Source: Coriobacteriia bacterium (GTDB taxonomy: Bacteria; Actinomycetota; Coriobacteriia; Anaerosomatales; JAAXUF01). From it: a DNA stretch of 62,364 nucleotides. Positions 10,723 to 18,863 of this stretch are shown here, in pieces; positions within the stretch are counted from its first letter, which is position 1, and each line of letters opens with the position of its first letter. Location: the NCBI GenBank assembly GCA_031292615.1, contig JARLGT010000122.1:1-62364 (forward strand), written 5' to 3'. Both the position numbers and the translations under genes were made by a program. The notes below the pieces were generated by a model. It was given only the letters and a program-made list of their open reading frames with translations. It ran no database searches and was not told where the DNA came from.

Positions 10723-11817
10723 CTACGGAGCCACCGCTCGCAGCTCGACCCAGTCTGCAGCCGTCGTCCGAGGATACGAGTACAGGCTCGCGCCGATACA
10801 ACCCGCCGCTCGCTGAGCACTGACGAAGGAACGCACCTGCGCAGCGGAGGAGTTGTCTGAAAGTCCGCCGATTAGGTGGACGGGAACCGACGCACAGCCG
10901 GGTTGGGCTCTGATGATCCCGACGTTGTTGTGTGCATCGGCGTAGGCCGCCGAGGCGGTGCTGCCGTGGTAGGTGTAGTAGCCCATCGGCAAGAGAACGT
11001 CGTAGGTTCGTGCGACCGACGAGTACGGGAAGTCGTTCCAGTAGCCCGCCTTCTTCGCCAGCCCTACAGGCGATGGAATGATCCCGCCCAGCGGGTAGGA
11101 CGCGCCGACCATGCCGCGAATGCGCTGCGACAACGCGTTCATCAGGCGGTTTCGCGTGCTTTCTGACTTGATGGCGCTCGACTCGATGTCGAGCGCAAAC
11201 GAGTCGAACCTCTGGCCGTCGGGCGTGGTGAAGTTAATTGCCTGGGAGACGCGGTAGAAGTCAGTCGCGGGCTTCGTCAGGTCGGGAAGGTACCAAGCCA
11301 CGACCTTCATATGGTGCGAGTGCGCCGTCTGGATGAATGCCGTTAGGGCTGCAGTGTCCTTCAGCGCGAAGTTCGACCGAGAGTTCGACGTCTCCAAGTA
11401 CAGCGTCCGGACACCGTGAGCCGCCATGTCGGCGACAGCCGCTCCGGGATTGCTCCATGTCGAGTCGTAGAGGTCGACCCAGGTACCCAGACCCCGATAC
11501 GCATCCAACGAGGGAGCAGCAGTGGTGACAGGCGCTGGTGCGGGGGTCGCGGCAACCGAAACCGTAGCGGGCCTGGCGACGGTTGTGCTGGCCAGCTGCG
11601 AGGCGGGGGACGACGAGGCACTCATCGATGTGGTGGTCTCCAACTGTGGTGGCGACGAGAGCTTCGCGGCGCTATCCATGGCCAGCGGCTGTCGACCGGC
11701 GCCGCTGGCGCTTGCGCTTGTTGCCATGACGATGAAGGGCAGCGCTATCAGCAGCGCGCCCACAACAACGAGCGTGAGCGCGATTCCAAGCCAAAGACGC
11801 TTGCGTTCGAAACGCAT
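10723..11817 (-). CDS. Membrane-anchored hypothetical protein, possible glycoside-hydrolase-like TIM-barrel domain
   Basis: ATG 11817 (MRFERKRLWLGIALTLVVVGALLIAL) after GGAGGTAG. One TM helix, an Ala/Ser/Thr/Pro linker, then a globular domain (GTWVDLYDSTW...RTLYLETSN...MKVVAWYLPD). The 72 codons upstream in the track ORF have low GC3. Confidence 0.6.
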   Translation of the reverse strand: MRFERKRLWLGIALTLVVVGALLIALPFIVMATSASASGAGRQPLAMDSAAKLSSPPQLETTTSMSASSSPASQLASTTVARPATVSVAATPAPAPVTTAAPSLDAYRGLGTWVDLYDSTWSNPGAAVADMAAHGVRTLYLETSNSRSNFALKDTAALTAFIQTAHSHHMKVVAWYLPDLTKPATDFYRVSQAINFTTPDGQRFDSFALDIESSAIKSESTRNRLMNALSQRIRGMVGASYPLGGIIPSPVGLAKKAGYWNDFPYSSVARTYDVLLPMGYYTYHGSTASAAYADAHNNVGIIRAQPGCASVPVHLIGGLSDNSSAAQVRSFVSAQRAAGCIGASLYSYPRTTAADWVELRAVAP

Positions 11818-12090
11818 ATCCACTGAGCCTTCTACCTCCGGATCATGGCTATCCGTGTTTGCGATTGCCTTGCCAAACAGCCCCAAGACCCGCAGACAAT
11901 TGTCGTCGAAACTACTTCGTCTCCTATCGCCGCGTGCTTTGGCTGCTGGCGCTCCTACAACCAATGCCCGCAGCACGCGATCTTCACCAAGAAGTTCCGC
12001 AGCGGCCCGTACTATCCACGACCGCCATCTCACGTGCGCGACATGCTCGGCGGCTGACGCGGAGCTTATGGACCATCAGCGGCGCAGGCA

Positions 12091-12930
12091 TCAGCCCGCG
12101 TCCGGCCCCATCCAGCGCTTGTGGAAGAACCGCATCATCCGCTGCGCGCCAACCAACTGGCGCGCCCGCGAAATCGGCCGCGCATAAGCTGCCACCGGAT
12201 AGCGCAGATGATCACTGTCGTCGGCGATGGCAGTCGCAATCTCCTCGGCGCACACTTCTGGCGTCGAGCGGTCGGTGATGCCGGCCTCAAAGCGGAGCAT
12301 GGCCCGCAGGAACGGCCGGTACGCTGCGCTTGCGCTCAGGGCTTCGTCGGGCGCATCTGCGCGTTCGCCGGGAAGAGCCTTGTTCCAGATGGCGGTTTGG
12401 ACGTAGCCAGGCTCGATTGCTTTGACTCGGATACCGAACGGCTTCAGTTCATGCCACAGCCCCTCTGAGATCCCCTCAAACGCCCACTTGGTGGAGTTGT
12501 ACGCGCCGAAGAACGGAAACGTCATGGTCCCTCCGAGCGATGTTACGTTTGCAACGACGCCGCTGCGGCGCTCGCGCATCACAGGAAGCAAGGCACGAAT
12601 CAGTTCGACCTGGCCGAAGAAGTTGACTTGAAAGATGCGAGTCAGCTCCTCGGCGGTCACGTCCTCGATCGCGCCGAACTGCACGACTCCGGCGTTACTC
12701 AGCAGCACGTCGGGGCATCCAAACGAAACCATCACTCGCTGCGCCACTGCCGCCGCGTTGCCTGGAACCGCCAGATCCAACGACTCGACTACAACGCGGT
12801 CGTCTAGCGCTTCCGGCGGCCTGGACGCGTCGCGAACCGTGCCCACAACGCACCAGTCACGAGCGGCATAGAGGTTCGCGCATGCCCTGCCGATTCCGCT
12901 GGAGACGCCTGTTATCAGAATGCTCGGCAC
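12091..12930 (-). CDS. Short-chain dehydrogenase/reductase (SDR)
   Basis: GTG start. TGVSSGIGRA cofactor motif and YNSTK catalytic YxxxK. Divergent from the lipid-modification cluster. Confidence 0.88.
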   Translation of the reverse strand: MPSILITGVSSGIGRACANLYAARDWCVVGTVRDASRPPEALDDRVVVESLDLAVPGNAAAVAQRVMVSFGCPDVLLSNAGVVQFGAIEDVTAEELTRIFQVNFFGQVELIRALLPVMRERRSGVVANVTSLGGTMTFPFFGAYNSTKWAFEGISEGLWHELKPFGIRVKAIEPGYVQTAIWNKALPGERADAPDEALSASAAYRPFLRAMLRFEAGITDRSTPEVCAEEIATAIADDSDHLRYPVAAYARPISRARQLVGAQRMMRFFHKRWMGPDAG

Positions 12931-12968
12931 GCTTGAGTCCTGTCCGCTCGGTGAACTGGTCCAGTCAT

Positions 12969-12999
12969 GGGAATCAACTAGTGCATCCTGTTCATTCCC
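12969..12999. promoter_or_regulatory. Inverted repeat GGGAATCAAC-N11-GTTCATTCCC in the SDR / FAD-oxidase divergent promoter region
   Basis: 9 of 10 arm positions are complementary. Lies in a locally AT-richer 110-bp divergent intergenic region. Confidence 0.35.
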
Positions 13000-13040
13000 G
13001 TCGGCGGTGCCGACGCGGCTCGACGTACATCGGAGGCAAC

Positions 13041-14474
13041 GTGAAGATTGCGGTCATCGGCGCTGGTATCGGCGGCGTGTCGGCCGCCTGGCTGCTGTCT
13101 CCAACTCACGAGGTCGACATCTACGAGGCCCAGCCGCGACTCGGCGGGCACACGTGCACCATCGACGTCGACTGTGGCGCCGGCCCGTTCCCCGTCGACA
13201 CCGGCTTCCAGGTGTTCAACCGCCGCACGTATCCCAACCTCACACGCTTCTTCGAGCGTCTCGGCATCGAGGCCACCGACGCCGACATGTCCTTCTCCGT
13301 GCAGGTTCGCGACGCTGGTATCGAGTGGAGCGGCACGAGCCTCGACAGCGTGTTCGCACAGCGCAAGAACCTCGCAAACCCCAAGTTCCTTCGCATGCTC
13401 AGCGACGTCTTGCGGCTTTCGCGTGACGCCGACAGACTGATGGCCGACCCGACGGTCGCCGAGCTGACCCTCGGCCAGCTCATGACGCGTGAAGGCTACA
13501 GCGACGCGTTCACCGACTGGTACCTCATTCCGATGGGCGACGCGATCTGGTCGACGCCGCCGGGCGACATGCTGGACTACCCTGCGCTGACGTTCCTGCA
13601 CTTCTGTGACAACCACGGCCTGCTCCACATCATGGGCAAACCGATGTGGCTCTCGGTCCGCGGCGGGGCGAAGCGCTACGTGGAGGCGGCGCTGAGCACG
13701 ATCTCCGGCGAGGTGTTTGACGCCGAGCCGGTCGAGCACATTCGTCGCACCGCTACCGGCGTAACCGTGCACACCTCGGCTCGCACACTCGACTACGACG
13801 CGGTGGTGTTCGCGACGCATCCACCGCAGACGCGCGGCATTCTCGGCGAGGAGATGACTGCGACAGAGCGCGAGGTGCTCGGCGCGTTCGACTACTGGGA
13901 CAACGACGTCGTCATCCACACCGACGAGTCGTTCATGCCGCACAACCGGCGCGCGTGGGCCTCTTGGAACTGGTTCACCGAGTCCAGCGAGATGGACAAG
14001 GCCGCGCTCGTCCTGACGTATCTGTTCAACACGCTTCAGGAGCTACCGGAGGGCACGCCGAGCGTCATGGAGACGCTCAACATCGACCGCGAGCCCGCCG
14101 AGGGGAGCGTTCTTGCCCGGCTCTCCTTCCAGCACCCGATGTACTCGCAGGCTGCAGTGGCGGCGCAAGCTCGGCTGCCCGAGATCCAGGGCGTCGACCG
14201 CATCTGGTACGCGGGCGCCTGGACGCGTTTCGGCTTCCACGAGGACGGACTGCTTTCGGCCGTTCGCGTCGCCGAGGCGCTCGGCGCGGTGCTCCCGTGG
14301 GGCGAGGAGCTCGACGCAAGCCGCACGCGTGTGCGGGCCGGCGCTCCCGAAGCGATGCTCGGGCAGACCCGCAAGCTACTGCCCAGCGAGCTGCCGCCGG
14401 TCGCGATCGACGAGCCCGCACCCCCGCGCGGAGCCGCACCCGTTCTCGAGCCCGAGACCGAGCCTCGGCTGTGA
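13041..14474 (+). CDS. FAD/NAD(P)-binding amine-oxidase/desaturase-like oxidoreductase
   Basis: GTG 13041 after GGAGG. Dinucleotide fold KIAVIGAGIGGVSAAWLL. 477 aa. Its stop overlaps the next start (GTGA). Confidence 0.85.
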   Translation: MKIAVIGAGIGGVSAAWLLSPTHEVDIYEAQPRLGGHTCTIDVDCGAGPFPVDTGFQVFNRRTYPNLTRFFERLGIEATDADMSFSVQVRDAGIEWSGTSLDSVFAQRKNLANPKFLRMLSDVLRLSRDADRLMADPTVAELTLGQLMTREGYSDAFTDWYLIPMGDAIWSTPPGDMLDYPALTFLHFCDNHGLLHIMGKPMWLSVRGGAKRYVEAALSTISGEVFDAEPVEHIRRTATGVTVHTSARTLDYDAVVFATHPPQTRGILGEEMTATEREVLGAFDYWDNDVVIHTDESFMPHNRRAWASWNWFTESSEMDKAALVLTYLFNTLQELPEGTPSVMETLNIDREPAEGSVLARLSFQHPMYSQAAVAAQARLPEIQGVDRIWYAGAWTRFGFHEDGLLSAVRVAEALGAVLPWGEELDASRTRVRAGAPEAMLGQTRKLLPSELPPVAIDEPAPPRGAAPVLEPETEPRL

Positions 14475-15235
14475 GAAGCCGCCTGTACACCGGCTGGGTC
14501 GCCCACGAACGCGTGCTCCCCGCGCACAATGCGTTTCGCTACCCGGTCTACTACTTGGCGCTCGACCTGGGCGAGCTGGGGCAACTCGACGCGACGCTCT
14601 TGCGGCTGTCGTACAACCACGCGGGGGCCATCTCGTTTTGGGACGTCGATCACGGCCCTCGCGATGGCACGCCCCTGCGAAGGTGGATTGACGCGCTGCT
14701 CGCGCAGGCGGGCATCGATCTGACCCACGGCCACGTTATGCTCGTCACGTTCCCAAGGGTGTTCGGAGCAAGGTTCTACCCAGTGTCGTTCTGGTACTGC
14801 TTCGCCGCCGACGACACGCCGCTGGCCGTGCTCGCCGAGGTTCACAACACGTTTCACGACCGGCACAACTACCTGCTCCACAACGGTGGCAAGCCCTTCG
14901 ACTGGGACGCGCGCCCGACGATGACCAAGGCCTTCTACGTCTCGCCGTTCGTGCAGCGTGACGACGTCACCTACGAGTTCGCCTTCACTGAACCCGCCGA
15001 GCAGCTCTCGGTGACGATTCGCGATATGGTGGCCGGCTCGCTGATGCTCACGACATCGGTTTCGCTCACCGCCGAGGAACTCACGGACGCCTCGCTGCTG
15101 CGTGCCGTGCTTCGCCACGGGCCTATCAGCGTGGTAGCGCTACTACGAATTCACTGGCAAGCGCTGAAACTCGCGCTGAAGAGGGTACCTTTCTTCCCAC
15201 ACACCCCACCGCCAACCGAGGAGACCTCGATTTGA
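14471..15235 (+). CDS. DUF1365 family protein
   Basis: GTG 14471 overlapping the upstream TGA. N-terminus LYTGWVAHERVLPAHNAFRYPVYYLALDL is typical of DUF1365. About 254 aa. Confidence 0.8.
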   Translation: MRSRLYTGWVAHERVLPAHNAFRYPVYYLALDLGELGQLDATLLRLSYNHAGAISFWDVDHGPRDGTPLRRWIDALLAQAGIDLTHGHVMLVTFPRVFGARFYPVSFWYCFAADDTPLAVLAEVHNTFHDRHNYLLHNGGKPFDWDARPTMTKAFYVSPFVQRDDVTYEFAFTEPAEQLSVTIRDMVAGSLMLTTSVSLTAEELTDASLLRAVLRHGPISVVALLRIHWQALKLALKRVPFFPHTPPPTEETSI

Positions 15236-16452
15236 GCCAGACCCGCACAACGCGACCGTACGCCGTTCCCAACCCCTGGCATGCGGTCATCGCGGCCGTT
15301 CTGCGCGGCATACGCATCGGCGAGATCACGGTGGCGATGCCGGATGGGCGCGAGCATCGCTTCACGGGCAAGACTCCCGGTCCAAACGCCAGCATCAAGG
15401 TCAACGACGGCTCCATCGCACGCCGCATCCTCACTGGTGGAGACATCGCACTTGCCGAGGGCTACATGGACGGGCTGTGGGACACCGACGACCTGGACGC
15501 CGTGTTGGACCTGGGCCTTGCGAACCTCTCGGCAGGATGGGTCGCTGACATTCCATTCGCGTTGCGACCCATCCATCGCGCGTGGCACCGGATGCGCGAC
15601 AACGACCCATGGGGCGGCTCGAAGCGAAACATCGCGTATCACTATGACCTCGGCAACGACTTCTACTCGCTGTGGCTCGACGACACGATGACGTACTCTT
15701 CGGCGCTCCTGGGCGAGGAGAGCGGAACCGTGACGGAGGAGCAACTCGAGAGCGGTCAGCGACGCAAGTGGGACAGCATCCTGGACCTCATTCAGCCCGG
15801 CAGCCGCGACAGCATTCTCGAGATCGGCTGCGGATGGGGCGGCTTCGCGATTCACGCGGCCAAGGCGGCAGGCTGCCGTGTGACTGGACTGACGCTCTCG
15901 CAGGAGCAGGCCGATTTGGCTCGGGCCCGCGTGCGCGAGGAGGGACTCGACGGGCAGGTCGACATCAGGCTGCAGGACTACCGAGAGGTCCCGGAGACCT
16001 TCAGCGGCATCGCGTCCATCGAGATGTTTGAGGCCGTAGGAGAGAAGTGGTGGCCCACGTACTTCGGGAGCGTCAAGGCGCTTCTCGAACCTGGCGGTGC
16101 GGCGGGACTGCAGGTCATCACGATCGCCGAGGAGCGCTTCGAGGACTACAAACGCGAGCCGGACTTCCTGCAGCGCCACATCTTCCCGGGTGGCATGCTG
16201 CCGAGTCCCGAGCGGTTCCGTATTGCCGCCGAGTCCGCCGAGCTGACCATGTACGACCCGCGCTTTTTCGGTCGCGACTACGCGCGGACGCTCGGCGCAT
16301 GGTCCGAGCGCTTCGAGAGCGTGCTGCCGCAAATTCGCGCTCTCGGCTTCGACGAGCGCTTCGTTCGTATGTGGCGCTACTACCTCGCGTACTGCAAGGC
16401 TGGATTCGACGCAGGCAACGTCGATGTCATGCAGGTACGCCTTGAGTCGTAG
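15232..16452 (+). CDS. Cyclopropane-fatty-acyl-phospholipid synthase family SAM-dependent methyltransferase
   Basis: TTG 15232 overlapping the upstream TGA. SAM motif ILEIGCGWGGFAIHAAK. YHYDLGNDFYSLWLD and YLAYCKAGF are typical of CFA/mycolic-acid synthases. Confidence 0.88.
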   Translation: MSQTRTTRPYAVPNPWHAVIAAVLRGIRIGEITVAMPDGREHRFTGKTPGPNASIKVNDGSIARRILTGGDIALAEGYMDGLWDTDDLDAVLDLGLANLSAGWVADIPFALRPIHRAWHRMRDNDPWGGSKRNIAYHYDLGNDFYSLWLDDTMTYSSALLGEESGTVTEEQLESGQRRKWDSILDLIQPGSRDSILEIGCGWGGFAIHAAKAAGCRVTGLTLSQEQADLARARVREEGLDGQVDIRLQDYREVPETFSGIASIEMFEAVGEKWWPTYFGSVKALLEPGGAAGLQVITIAEERFEDYKREPDFLQRHIFPGGMLPSPERFRIAAESAELTMYDPRFFGRDYARTLGAWSERFESVLPQIRALGFDERFVRMWRYYLAYCKAGFDAGNVDVMQVRLES

Positions 16453-16518
16453 CCCGCAAGCTGACCGCGTCTCCAGAACCCCGCATCCATTTCACATCTG
16501 ACCCACGGGAGGTACACG

Positions 16519-16935
16519 GTGTCCCTCGGCAAGCTCGCAGCCCTTTGGGCGATCTGCACGGTCGTCTTCTTCGCGCTGGACTTCGCTTGGATCGCCACGG
16601 CAACCAGTCGCGTCTACAAGCCCTATCTCGGCAACTTGCTCTCCGACAGCCCCAATCTCGGTGTCGCGGCCGTCTTCTACCTGATGTTCGTGGTCGGCGT
16701 GGTCGCGCTGGCCGTAATCCCCGCTCTCCAAGAGGGGAGCGTGCTCGGAGCCCTGTGGCGCGGGGCGCTGTTGGGCCTACTCGCCTACGCGACCTACGAC
16801 CTGACGAACCTGGCGACCATCCGAGACTGGCCCTGGCAGGTCTCGGCGATCGATCTGGCGTGGGGGACGAGCCTGAACGCTGTCGTCGCTGTCGCCGGTT
16901 TCTACGCCGGGCAGTGGCTGGGAATGGGGAAGTAG
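16519..16935 (+). CDS. DUF2177 family membrane protein
   Basis: 138 aa with 4 hydrophobic helices. FALDFAWIATATSRVYKPYLG resembles DUF2177. Last gene of the cluster. Confidence 0.7.
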   Translation: MSLGKLAALWAICTVVFFALDFAWIATATSRVYKPYLGNLLSDSPNLGVAAVFYLMFVVGVVALAVIPALQEGSVLGALWRGALLGLLAYATYDLTNLATIRDWPWQVSAIDLAWGTSLNAVVAVAGFYAGQWLGMGK

Positions 16936-16992
16936 CAGGTTCGTCAGGTACAATTGCTCAAACACTGGCTACCAAACACGAGGAGCGCCATC

Positions 16993-17274
16993 ATGGCCCG
17001 AGCTTCCGCCCGACACATTCTGGTCCCCAGCGCCGAGCAGGCCGAGGATCTCAAGGCGCAGATCGCAGCAGGCGCCGACTTCGCCGAGCTTGCTCGCCAG
17101 CACTCAAGCTGCCCCTCGGGTAAGAGCGGCGGAGAGTTGGGTGAGTTCGGTCCCGGCCAGATGGTCGCCGAGTTCAACAACGTGTGCTTCAACGAAGAGG
17201 TCGGCGTCGTACATGGGCCGGTCAAGACGCAGTTCGGCTACCACCTCATCGAGGTCACGAAGCGCAGCGAGTAG
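16993..17274 (+). CDS. ppiC: Parvulin-type peptidyl-prolyl cis-trans isomerase
   Basis: ATG 16993 after AGGAG. ARHILV...FAELARQHSSCPSGKSGGELGEFGPGQMVAEF...GYHLIEV is the single-domain PpiC pattern. Confidence 0.85.
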   Translation: MARASARHILVPSAEQAEDLKAQIAAGADFAELARQHSSCPSGKSGGELGEFGPGQMVAEFNNVCFNEEVGVVHGPVKTQFGYHLIEVTKRSE

Positions 17275-17289
17275 ACGACCAGTGAAGAT

Positions 17290-17317
17290 GAGGCCGGTCC
17301 CAGATGGGGCCGGCCTC
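17290..17317. terminator. Bidirectional terminator hairpin between convergent ppiC and the secreted-protein gene
   Basis: GAGGCCGGTCCC-AGAT-GGGGCCGGCCTC, a 12-bp stem with one G-U pair, followed by TTGTGT. Confidence 0.75.
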
Positions 17318-17353
17318 TTGTGTCTCCCTGCAAGATGACGCGCGACGATTTGC

Positions 17354-18676
17354 CTACTGGGTCGTGGCCGAGTGCCCACGCGAGATATGTGCCTGAGTCG
17401 ACGCGCGCCTCGTGGCGATCGGGTAGCCGTAGTCAAACGCCGCGACCAAGCTGTACGTTCCTCCACCCAGCTTGTGAGGATACGAGAACGAGTACGTGAA
17501 CTTCTGCCCCGGGCGAATGAGGCTCGTCTTCTTGCTCCATGACTTCACGAGCCGTCCCGAAGGCGAGTAGATCGCGAAGCGCGCAGTGCCTTGGGTGATA
17601 GCGTTGCCGGTGCTCTGCACCGTCTGTCGCACCGTGACGCGCTTGCTGCCAGCCGACACACTCGCGTGAGTCGTCGCGTCGATTGAGCGGGCCGTGGCCG
17701 TGTTGTCGAGGCTCGAGGCCCACAAGATGCTGGCCTCGAGGTACGCACCGGCAGCTTCGCCCTGGTGAATCCCGCTGGGGGTCAGAGGAGTGTAGTTGTT
17801 CGTGTTGTAGTTCTGCAGGTAGTCGATGATCTCGAAGTAGAACTTCACGGACCGGCCGGCTGCGTACTTCGTAGCCAACGCCGCCGTGTAGGTCCCGCCG
17901 TAAAGCCGCTTGATCGACGGAGTCAGGATGTTGAAGTCGGCTATAGACTGAGAGTCGACTCCAGGCTTGATCGGCTGCGCCATCTCAATGCTGACGCCGG
18001 GGTCCCGGTGGATCGTGATGCCCGCTATCGACCCGTTCAATCCGCGAGCCTGCAGAATCGCCGAGGCACTGGCGATGATCGAGCAGTTGGGATTGGGCTT
18101 GAGCGTGAAGACCGGCGTGTAGGTGCCGTCGTTGACGAACTTCGCCTGATAGACGGAGGAGAGCGGGCCCCATTCCCACGCGTTGGACTTCATCACGTTC
18201 CACCACCACTCGTTCATGTGGTCCTTCACGCCACGACGCGGTGCGTGAGCCGGGTCGACGCGAGGCGAGCTCATCGTGGAAACGAGCCCGCCGCCGGCCG
18301 CGACGTAGCGCGCGACCGACTCAGAGGCCTTCTTGCCCAGGGCATACATCGACGGCATGACGATGACGTCGTACTGCTTCAGGTTGTCGGAGTTCAGGAG
18401 GTCCCGGTCGCCTTGGATCTCCGTGACGTCGTAGCCGCGTCCCTTCAAGTACGAGAGAACGGCTGCCTCCTTGCTCGCATGCACGTAGCGACTGGGAGTG
18501 CCACGGTAGTTCAGCCAGTCGAGAGTCGTTTGCGAGTGCACGACAGCGACTCTGATTGGCGGAGGATTGTAGCCGTCGCGAGCGATTGTGATTGGGGTAG
18601 CGAGCGCGGCTGAGGCCGTGCAGATGAACAGCGAGAACACGACACATGCCAAGAGAACTGCGGGAACACGACGCAT
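17354..18676 (-). CDS. Secreted hypothetical protein
   Basis: ATG 18676 after a perfect AGGAGG. Signal peptide MRRVPAVLLACVVFSLFICTASAALA. 440 aa with no motif I can name. High GC3. Confidence 0.75.
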   Translation of the reverse strand: MRRVPAVLLACVVFSLFICTASAALATPITIARDGYNPPPIRVAVVHSQTTLDWLNYRGTPSRYVHASKEAAVLSYLKGRGYDVTEIQGDRDLLNSDNLKQYDVIVMPSMYALGKKASESVARYVAAGGGLVSTMSSPRVDPAHAPRRGVKDHMNEWWWNVMKSNAWEWGPLSSVYQAKFVNDGTYTPVFTLKPNPNCSIIASASAILQARGLNGSIAGITIHRDPGVSIEMAQPIKPGVDSQSIADFNILTPSIKRLYGGTYTAALATKYAAGRSVKFYFEIIDYLQNYNTNNYTPLTPSGIHQGEAAGAYLEASILWASSLDNTATARSIDATTHASVSAGSKRVTVRQTVQSTGNAITQGTARFAIYSPSGRLVKSWSKKTSLIRPGQKFTYSFSYPHKLGGGTYSLVAAFDYGYPIATRRASTQAHISRGHSATTQ

Positions 18677-18863
18677 GGCGAAACCTCCTGCGAGTGGCGG
18701 GTCACCCCACTCATCGGCCCCTCGTCTGGCGTTCTTTACACAATCGATGCTTGGACTGTGACGCCCGGCACAGGAAAGGACAGGTAGAATGGGACTGAAC
18801 ACAGCGCGGGTCGTGCCACCCGCTTCGTAACAGCTACTTCAACCCACCCTCCGAGGAGCGCGC

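Noticed and set aside
13955-14470. Upstream 172 codons of the track ORF containing the DUF1365 gene
   Set aside because: It lies entirely inside the flavoprotein gene in another frame. GTG 14471, overlapping that gene's stop, gives the expected roughly 250-aa DUF1365 protein.
15151-16332. 393-aa minus-strand ORF antisense to the CFA-synthase-like gene. Similar long antisense ORFs occur at 40534-41598, 41741-42892, 34598-35698 and 27660-28544.
   Set aside because: All overlap strongly supported genes on the other strand and translate to Arg/Ala/Gly/Asp-rich sequence with no recognisable domains.
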